A stretch of 64,000 nucleotides of DNA from Geosiphon pyriformis uo1 (Eukaryota; Fungi; Glomeromycota): contig JAAOMT010000261.1 in the NCBI GenBank assembly GCA_016748015.1, positions 509,008 to 573,007 of the forward strand, read 5' to 3'. Position 1 is the first letter of the stretch. Each line of letters opens with the position of its first letter. The notes below the pieces were generated by a model. That model was given only the letters and a program-made list of their open reading frames with translations, was not told the DNA's origin and did no database searches. Of this stretch, positions 12,998 through 23,238 are shown in pieces. Made by a program: the position numbers and the translations under genes.

Positions 12998-13536
12998 CTT
13001 CCATTTTAAAGTAAATAAAAGAAAGCAGAATTATTAGAAACTTATAGCAATTACTTTGAAAAATTTAAATCATAATTTCCAATGCCATCAAGATTCTGAT
13101 CACTGCCACCTCAACCAGATTTTAGAAACACAAGTCCCTAAAAGATAATGGCATCAGAAGAAGAGAAAAAAGAGGATCAAGAATTTAATTATCAAAATCT
13201 GATTACAGAAAATCTGAAAGTTGAAACTCTAGATATTCAAACTCAGCAAATTCCAAATAATTTGAACTCCGAGTTAATTAATCAAAAAAACTTACTTCCA
13301 GTAATTGTCATTAATCAACCACTAGTGGAACTGATTATTGAACTGATTCAACCACCTTAACAATCTCAGCAGCCACTTCAACAGCTGCAACAACAATTTT
13401 AACCACTACAACAACAACAAGAAATGGCATATGTGCCAATAGCAAAGCTGGAAAAATTTTCTGGCAAAGAAGACAACACTCAAACATAGATCAATGATGT
13501 TACCAAAGCTATTACCACCAATAACTGGAATGACGC
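12998..13536 (+). pseudogene. gag-pol: Element A gag, middle segment
   Basis: LPF.SK.KKAELL...MAYVPIAKLEKFSG...NNWND; collinear with E. Confidence 0.82.
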
Positions 13537-14412
13537 TGTTATGGTTTAAGAATTTAACAAAAGAATCATAAAAATAATATAAACTATTCAATCATAATAT
13601 AGTGCAGTAATAATCTTAGAAAAGTAATGATTAACATAGTAGCAAACACTATCTCACAATAGTAGCAAGCACCAGTTCACAATAGCAGCCAACACCAACT
13701 GGTAATAGCAGCAAACACCAGGTTGAAATATCAAAAAGAAAGTATTACAATGTGTTTTCTCATAGAACTACAAACATGTATATATACAATAGCTTTAATA
13801 TTGAAAAAAGTAATAAAGTAATAAAAAAAAATCATAACTTATCAAGCAATAAATCCAATTTATCCAACAAACTCCACTTTAAATCGTACCTTTAAATTAA
13901 ATATCCCAAGAAACTTTTAAATCAAAAAAAAATGAAAAAGAATATTTAAAACTGAATTATTACAAACCCAAAATAGTAAGAAACTTACTTGTGTTAATTA
14001 TTGAATGAAACTATCATTCATCAGTTGAATTCCTTGGAAGAATCATCCCTGATCAAGATTATTTACATTGTTACTAATTGATAAAAGCTTTATTGTGAGA
14101 ATTAAGAAAATTCTAAAGACCATTAACATTCCATGTTTCTAGATTAGAAAAACACATTAAACAATTGCAAGAATAGCCTCAAAGAAGACCCCAAACAGTG
14201 GGTAGATTTCAGTTCAGCCTCTGAAAAAGAATACATAAACACACACAACAATCAAGAATTGAAAAATAATTTATATTATAACATTAAAGAGAAAGTCTTC
14301 AGTATAACAGTAACATTATCACACAAATAGAATTAAGGAACTCACAAGAGACTGATTGCAATTAAAACGGGATATTGGCAATTAAATATAACAAGAAAAC
14401 CATCCCATAACA
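13537..14412 (+). repeat. 5' LTR of C
   Basis: Direct repeat of 22358-23234; ~22-bp AATAGCAGCAAACACCA-type repeats ~13636-13722; TATATATA at 13779. Confidence 0.93.
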
Positions 14413-14426
14413 TTTGGTGAACCCTA
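14413..14426 (+). promoter_or_regulatory. Primer-binding site of C (candidate tRNA-Trp type)
   Basis: TT-TGGTGAACCC after the LTR; tRNA identity is from memory of acceptor stems and unverified. Confidence 0.7.
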
Positions 14427-14494
14427 TAAGGAAAGAAAATCAAAAAGAAAATAATAATTAGCAATAATTCATTGCTAAAAAGGAAGAAACAAAA

Positions 14495-17400
14495 GTGGCA
14501 ACAAAAACTCCTAATCTTACTGTTCTTGAATTCTGCCATGCTATTTACACACAAAATTAAAGTGATCTTGGATTACCAGAAGGGTGTTGTCCAACAGAAT
14601 TTGCCCTCACTTATTATATCAACACCAGAATAAATTATTATATAGGAAAAGAAGAAGAACCACACAATGCAAAACTTGGATTGTATAGAGAATTATCACA
14701 ATACACTACAAAAAAAGTAGCAGTAATAGCCACAACTATTGTCAAAATCCATCGAGAAATTGAGCAATACACCAACAAAAATTTTCCAATATTCACAGAA
14801 AACACTAGGGAATGCACCAACAAAACCAAAGAAAATTTAGAAACTAATTAGGAAAGTAACCAGCAAAAACTAGGAACACCTGCCCAAACACCAAAGAAAA
14901 CTGTCACTTAATCAATAAAGAAACAACGTATTTATTTACCAGAAGATAAATCATATCATTTTTCACCAGAAAATAAGATACAAATTCCATTAGGAATTGC
15001 ATTATTATCATCATCAACTCCACAAATGCCAAGAACTCCTAGTTATACTGATAAAATTAAACAACATAATTGGAGAAACATACCAATTACAGGAGAATAT
15101 TCATCACTATTCCAAAACCCTCTTTTTCAGCCAAAATTTAGAACGGGGTTTGAAAACCATGAAGAAGAGTCTGAATCAGAATCCGAAAAAGAGACCAGCG
15201 AAAAAACAATCACAAGACTGGTTATTGGAACAAGCAGTCAGTCCAGAAACCAAGAAACTCGTGATCAAGAGGAAGAACCAGATATAAGGGAAGCCACCTT
15301 TAGGAACACTTAAGGAAATATCATCCCACCTCCTCTTAGACCAATAAGCCCACCAGCAGAAAATGGCCACACCATACATTGCAAGACTAACAGATTTCTC
15401 AGAAGAGAAAGAAGAAATGGATGTGTACACATGGTTCAGAGAAGTGCAAAAAGCCATTCAGGCAAATAACTGGAATGACCAAAGAGCAATTCAAACATTA
15501 CCTTTCTTCCTAAAAGGCACAGCTAACTCGTGGTATCAAAGCCTGGAAACAAAACTCACAAGCTTCACCAAATTTAAAAATACACTTCTGGAGTATTTTA
15601 GCAACCCAAACGCCATAATCCAACTACAAAACAAATTCAATACTATCAAGCAAGGTACTGGTGAAACTGTCACCCAATACCTTGCTCAATTCAATCAAAT
15701 TCGCCATTAGATTGAAGCAATTAAACAAGGATACTACACTGACCCTCAGGTTTTAAATCAGTTTATTAGAGGATTAAAAAGCAGCATTTTAGGAAGAGTA
15801 TGCCCTGTCCACCCTAATTCCTTACCAGAAGCCATTACACTTACCAGAGTTCTTGAATCAGCTGAGAAAAAAGCTAATCATAGTCAAATAGTTAACATGG
15901 TAATAGAAAAAAATAAGACAGAAACATTAGAGAAAAGAGTAATGCAATTAGGAGAGGAACTCTCTAAGAAAATAGAAAGTTATCTCATCCCGGATCCAAA
16001 AAGAAATACATACCAACCACCCCAAAGATGCAGCCAGGAAGTCAGCAACAGTCAAAATAATTGCTCGTCATACCAGGAATTCAGAACAGAAATGCGCGCC
16101 TGCCATTTTTGCAAATGTGTAGGACATTTGATTAGTCAATGTTGAATGCAAATGATGCAGGAAGCATGTGAAAATAATTATTACGTGCCACCCCAAATGC
16201 CCAGAAACCAGTACACACTAATACCATGCCAATATCCCACCACGTATCAAAATCAAGGAACTTACCAGCAACAGCCCATGATAGCCAATCTGAATTGGCA
16301 TCCCAAGGCCCAAAATCAGCCCATGTGGAACCAGAATGCATTGGTCCAGAGAAATCCAAACCACGCTGGAACCAGTCAGCAAACCAATCCAAACTACCAA
16401 AATTATCAACAAACTTACCTTAATATACTGGAAAATCTGATCATTGGAAACAATGACAGTAGAAACATAAACATAACTGAAAATTTCTCCAACAAATTGA
16501 GCCAAACAATACCATCAGCAGTTGCCACCAAAGATAGCAGCCTCGTAGCTATTTTTCCTTTTGAATTAGAAGAAAATGAGGCTATGTTCAATGAAGCAGC
16601 ATTGGACGAAAAATGCCCAATTACTGCTATGTATATGGAAGCCACTGTAAACAATACTCCAATCAAACTTATCTTAGACAGTGGATCCATTGGAAGCATT
16701 ATAACACTTCAACTAGTAAACCAACTGGGTTTCAAAGTTGATTGTGCTGTGATGTTCTAATCATAACAGCCAATGGAAGTACAAAGCTGCCTTATAACAA
16801 AATCAACTTATTCCCTTTCAAAATTAACAGCATAGTAATATCTACAAAAGTATTAGTAATGGACACTACACAATATTAAGCATTAGTAGGGAATAACTGG
16901 CTAACAAAAGCCAATACCACCTTAGACTGGATCACTCAAGAGCTTTTAATCAATTATAATGGCCACCAGGCCAGAATTTCAGCCACCTGTGGCCACTTTT
17001 AAAAACCCAGTGCCAACCAAAGACCTACCTTCGAATTTGAGAAAAATTTAGTACTACCAGTCATCAAAACCTATCAACTCTCTTGGGCTGATGACCAAAG
17101 AACAGGACTACCAGCCATACCAACATGAACCAATGAAGAAAGATCTGAATAGAACCAGATAAATCCACAAAAAAACCACCAGCAATGTAAACCAAAGCTA
17201 GAATACTCAGTTTGTAAGAAAAAACTCTTGTCTATGACTGCATGCAGCACACCAGATAAAGACCCAAGAAATTCCACCCACTACTATTGTAACCATTGTA
17301 ACAAAAAAAAATATGGTTACTCAGAAAGACATGGAAAATGGGATAAGGAACTGTGTCTCACTTGTGGAGAACCATTACCAAGAGGGTACAACTGGAACAA

Positions 17401-20193
17401 CATACCAGACAGAGAAGAAACATGTGACACAATTTGCCAATACATGATCCTCATCTGTGACTGGGTAAGAGGAGGAACACTGTTTGAAACAGTATTCAAC
17501 AGAGCATTAAAAAGACTACAGCACTACCCACACGATGAGGATGAGTTGTACAACATCACACAAGCCAAAGTAAGAGAAGAAACTGCCAAAGAAATATGAC
17601 ATTGGAAAGAGTCAGCCGAAGTAGCCAACAAAGTTACCAGCTACAACATATTTGATCCAGTGGACAAATTCCAGGACTACTACCAACAACTATGCCCCAC
17701 TCAACAAAAGCAAGAACAATATTTCGTCCAAATCAACACTTACCTTTGTGAAAACTGTCTTATCCCGTGCCAAAATCAGTGCTGTGAAGAGTGTCAAGAT
17801 GAAAAGAACTTAGAAAAAAAAATGGAAATTGAGAATCAGCAGTCTCAAAATCAATCAATAAATCAACAAGACTCACTTGACGGTCCCGAGTCAGAAAAAT
17901 TTGTAGCCTATACTAACCTAGAACAGGTGATTGACATTTAATACTTTGACAATGGGCACTTAGGAATAATACCCAAAAGAGCCCATCCAACTGATGCTAG
18001 ATTTGATCTACGTTATCTAGAAGACCAATCCACAACATTACCACCCAGGAGCATCACCAAAATTGATCTAAAAATAGTGGTTGAAATTCTGCCAGGAATA
18101 ATGGTTCAAATAACATCATGATCAAGCCTCGCGAAAAAAGGGATAAGTGTTCAAGGAGGAGTAATTGACTCTGGATACACTGGAAATTTGATGGTTTTGC
18201 TACAGAACAATTCAGAAAAGTCTTATACTATTGAATCTAAAGAAAAGATTGCACAAGCAATTTTTCTACCATTGGTAAAAATTGGGAAATTTGTGCCAGT
18301 GGAAAATTGTGAGGAATTGTCACAAACAATGAGAGGAACTTTTGGTTTCGAATTGACAGGAAAAGGATTGAAGCAAATTTTGCTAAAACAATAAAAGAAA
18401 AAGACAAAGTAATTAAAACTGAGTGGTTCATCATACTCCTACCATATGGAAAATCAGAAATAAGAATAAAAAAGACAATTAAAGAAAAAGATCTAATATT
18501 TGAGCCCTACCCAGAAACTTGCTAACAGTTTCTCATAGGACTTACTAAACTTTTTATTCCAGCTAATAAAGCTCAATGGATAAAAATTTTTATCGCAAAC
18601 ACCACAGAAGAACTTGTCTACATTTCGGAAGATATCATCATTGGATACCTTGAAACGAAGCTAGAAAACGTGTCAACACCACAAAAAATTCTAAATTTCC
18701 CAGAAATTGCCCTCTACTGTGAACTCACTTCAATAAATTGGCAACAACTGTTGGAATGCTATCAATTTACGACAGAAGAATTGATCAAATTAAACATTAA
18801 AACAATAGATCCTGATCAACAGCAACAATTAAAAGCATTAATTTTAAAATACTCTGATATATTTTCACGAAATGGCGAATTTGGAAGAACCAACTTGGTT
18901 CAACACCAAATTCTCACTGGAGACGCTAGACCTGAAAAACAACGCACTTACCATGTCCCACCAATGGAGCATAATTTTATCAGAGAAGAAGTCCAAAACA
19001 TGTTAAAAAAAGAAATAATACAACCATTAATAAGCCCATGGTCCTCACCAGTTGTTTTAGAAAGGAAAAAAAATGGAAAAATTAGATTTTGCATTAACTA
19101 TTGCAAACTAAACAGCAAAACAACCAAAGACTCATACCCAATACCATTAATTGACAAAATCTTCGATGTTTTTAAAGGAGCAAAATGGTTTTCTACACTA
19201 GACTTGACCAGTGAGTACTGGCAAGTAGAAATGAACCCAAAAGACAGACATAAAACAGCATTCACAACACAAAATGGCAATTATGAGTTCAATGTAATGC
19301 CATTTAGATTAACAAATGCTTCTGTGACATTTCAAAGACTAATGAACATAATTTACTCTGGAATCCTGTGGCAATTTATTGTTGTCTACTTGGATGATAC
19401 AAATGTTTTCTCATCAAAATTCACAGATCATCTCCAATATTTACAACAAGTTTTTGAGAGATTGAGACATGCTGGACTTAAACTAAATCTAGAAAAATGT
19501 TTCTTTAAGAAAAATGAGCTAGCATTTTTAGGACACATAGTTGGAAAAGATGGAATAAAACCAGATCCATCAAAAATAGACAAAGTGAAAAATTTTCCAG
19601 TATCTCGAAACATTTCAGAAGTTAGAAGCTTTTTAGGACTCGCATCTTACTACTGCCACTTTGTAGAAAACTTTTCAAACATTGCCAAACCCCTTAATTA
19701 CCTACTATTCAAAAATGTGAAGTTTGAATGGACTGAAGCACAACAAAAAGCTTTTGAGTACCTTAGACAAAAATTCATTGAATTACCAATAATAATCTAT
19801 CCAAATTTCAACAAGAAATTTATTTTGGCCACAGATGCCTCTAAAACTGGACTTGGAGTCATTCTGTCACAAAAAGATGATAATAGAAGAGAATGTGTAA
19901 TTGCTTATGCCAGCAGAAGTCTCAGTACGGCAGAACAAAACTATGTAGCACACAAACTTGAATGCTTAGCAGTAGTCTGAAGTTGTGTTTACTTTAACAC
20001 ATATTTACAGTACCAACCCTTTGAGATTACCACAGATCATAGAGGTCTGGTCTGGTTAAATAACAAGAAAGTGCTAAAAGGAAAATATGCCAGATGGTCA
20101 CAAATGTTAGCACTATATGATTATATTATCAAATACAAAGAAGATACCAAAAATGCTAATGCTAACTGTTTGTCAAGAATGAGACACACATAA
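14495..20193 (+). pseudogene. gag-pol: Element C Gag-PR-Cys-rich-dUTPase-RT-RNase H polyprotein
   Basis: Capsid-like WNDQRAIQTLPFFLKGTANSWY, CHFCKCVGHLISQC knuckle, LILDSGS, dUTPase ~17970-18362, 436-aa RT/RH ORF with YLDD, TDAS, IAYASR. Confidence 0.95.
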
Positions 20194-20222
20194 AAATCAC
20201 TAACCTACCTGCCACAACAACA

Positions 20223-21591
20223 ATGAACAACCATCTTTACAAAAACCTTAGCCAATACTTGAAAACACTACAAATAGATGAAAAAATGCCAGTAAAAAAG
20301 CTAATTAAGCTCCAAAAATTAGCAAAACACTATTTTATTCAAAATCACATACTTTATTACCAGAATTGACAAATCCAGATAATCCATTAAGAGTTATAAC
20401 CACGGATGAAAAAAAAATTATCTTATTTAACATGTACTTAGATATTTATTCAGGCCACTTTGGAAAAACAGCAATCATCCAACATGCAACTAGCCGTTAC
20501 TATTGGCCAAAAATAAGTTCAGACATAATCCAATACATAAAAAATTGTAACCTATGCCAATAAAGAGGAGGAGCAAAAACAACGGAATTATTAAGACCAA
20601 TAAAAGTTGAACAGTCATTTGACAGAATTGGAATTGATTTAGTTGGACCCTTACCAATAACAACAAGAAACAACTGTTATATTGCAGTAGCTGTGGACTA
20701 TCTCACCAAATGGCCAGAAGCTAGAGCTATTAAAACAGCTGATGCTATTTCCATAGCTCAATTTGTACATGAAGACTTAATTTGCCAGCATAGATGTTTA
20801 CAAGAATTGCTATCAGATCAAGGCACACACTTTGTAAACAGCACCTTAAAAAAACTTAGCCAAAAATTTGGAATCAAGCGACCACTGTCATCACTATACC
20901 ACCCACAAACAAATGAATTAGTTGAAAAATTTAATCACACATTATGCGAATTACTGGCAAAAATTAGTAATAAACATAAAAAAGAATGAGATTTGTTCAT
21001 ACCAGCAGTACTACTAGCATATAGAACAGTAAAACAAGATACTATATAATTCACACCATTTGAACTAGTTTATGGAAGAAAAGTCACATCACCAGTTGAA
21101 CTTACTATCCCAACTTATCTAAGTGACACTATCATTGAAGCAACATTCCAGGAAACACTACTTAGAAGAACATACGAATTAATGGAAACTTTAGAAAACA
21201 AAAGAAGAAAAACAGCACAAAATATTGAACAATCACAAAAACAACAAAAAGTAAGACATGATAACCAGTTACCAGATAATACAAAATTGGAGATAAAGTA
21301 TTGTTGCATTGTACAAAAATGGAAAAACAATGAAGTAGAAAATTTGATCACAAGTGGGATGGACCATTTTATATTCATGAAATACTTGGAAATGGAGCAT
21401 ACAAGCTAAGACTAAATAATAAAATATTAAGAAAAGCAGCACATAATAACCAGCTGAAATTCTATTACAGTAAATCAGTAATAATAACAAAGACATCCAG
21501 AATTGGAACACAATTACCTTTAATTCTACCAGAACAAATTCCACAAGATTTAGAACCAATAGTTTTAATTAAACATTATTCAAAAAGATAA
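20223..21591 (+). pseudogene. Element C integrase (separate ORF)
   Basis: GHFG...YYWP...CNLCQ, IGIDLVGP, LSDQGTHF, YHPQTNELVEKFN, KWDGPF. Confidence 0.92.
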
Positions 21592-21675
21592 TTAATCTTA
21601 GATCACAGCAAAAATGATTTAACAACCATAAAAACGCATGCAAAAGATTCTAAAATAGCAGTCAAAATTAAAACA

Positions 21676-22344
21676 ATGATACTTATTCTAGAAAACATCA
21701 ACAATATAATTCAACAATTAGTTGAAAGCTTACAACAATTAAAATCCAATCTGAAAATCACAGTTAATAGCTTCAAAATAACATACATAAAAAGAACAAT
21801 AGAAAATCCAAAAACAAGAAAAGAACATAATTTTAAACCATATAATATTACCAAACATAACAACAAATTTATCAGCAAAGTTATTGAAAAATTAGAGATA
21901 GCATTGGGCAATACATTAATAATAGAAGAAATAGAAATAAGTGAATTAATACCAGACACATTTAGCAACTTGAAAACGAAATTTCCTATTAACTACTGTT
22001 ATTATTAACTAGGAAAGCACTTGAACATATAAACATTATACTTAAAAGACTCAACTAGAGTGTTTGACAAAACAACTATCCAATTATTAGAACCTTTTAT
22101 TGAAAAAACCAATACTACATTCCATTCAAAAACAGTTTACAGAATTTTCAAAGCATTTGAAAACTGTCACAAACTATTGTTGGACCCAATCATAAACATA
22201 ATAACAACCAACAGTATTAGACAACTTACCAACTCACAATTTAAAGAATTACAACAACAAATTAATAACACAGTATTGAACCACTATAGTAACTTAGAAT
22301 TTAATGAAGAAATTAACTTTGATTTCGACAGAGCTCAATTTTGA
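21676..22344 (+). pseudogene. Element C ORF3 (~222 aa, one internal stop)
   Basis: ORFs 21676-22008 and 22060-22344 are in the same frame; homologous to ORF3 of A, B, D. Confidence 0.75.
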
Positions 22345-22357
22345 AAGAAGGAAATAA

Positions 22358-23234
22358 TGTTATGGTTTAAGAATTTAGCAAAAGAATCATAAAAATAATA
22401 TAAACTATTTAATCATAATATAGTGCAGTAATAATCTTAGAAAAATAATGATTAACATAGTAGCAAACACCATCTCGTAATAGTGGCAAGTACCAGTTCA
22501 CAATAGCAGTCAATACCAACTGGTAATAGCAGCAAACACCAGGTTAAAATATCAAAAAGAAAGTATTACAATGTGTTTTCTCATAGAACTACAAACATGT
22601 ATATATACAGTAGCTTTAATATTGAAAAAAGTAATAAAGTAATAAAAAAAAATCATAACTTATCAAGCAATAAATCCAATTTATCCAACAAATTCCACTT
22701 TAAATCGTACCTTTAAATTAAATATTCCAAGAAATCTTTAAATCAAAAAGAAATGAAAAAGAATATTTAAAACTAAATTATCATAATCCCAAAGTAGTAA
22801 GAAACTCAGTTGTGTTAATTATTGAATGAAACTATCATTCATCAGTTGAATTCCTTGGAAGAATAATCTCTGATCAAGATTATTTACGTTGTTACTAATT
22901 GATAAAAGCTTTATTGTGAGAATTAAGAAAAGTGCTAAAGACCATTAACATTCTGTATTTCTAGATTAGAGAAACACATCAGACAATTGCAAGAATATCC
23001 TCAGAAAAGACCCCAAACAGTGGGTAGATTTCAGTTCAGCCTCTGAGAAGAAATACATAAACATACACAACAATCAGGAATTGAAAAATAACTTACATTA
23101 CGACATTAAAGAGAAAGTCTTCAGTATAACAGTGACATTATTACACAAATAGAATTGAGGAACTTACGAGAAACTGATTGCAATTAAAATGAGATATCGG
23201 CAATTAAATATAACAAAAAAACCATCTCATAACA
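22358..23234 (+). repeat. 3' LTR of C
   Basis: Direct repeat of 13537-14412, preceded by a PPT. Confidence 0.93.
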
Positions 23235-23238
23235 ATGC

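Larger units (their letters stand above)
13537..23234 (+). mobile_element. Full-length Ty3/Gypsy element C (9698 bp)
   Basis: LTRs 13537-14412 and 22358-23234 (TGTTATG...CATAACA); TSD ACGC/ATGC; PBS TTTGGTGAACCC; PPT GAAAGAAGGAAATAA. Confidence 0.94.

Noticed and set aside
20194-20222. CTAAC/TTAAC in the RH-IN spacers as splice branch points
   Set aside because: An AG acceptor before the IN ATG exists only in D, so it is not consistent enough to claim.
21676-22344. ORF3 as an env gene
   Set aside because: It is short and lacks an evident signal peptide, TM helix or fusion-protein pattern.
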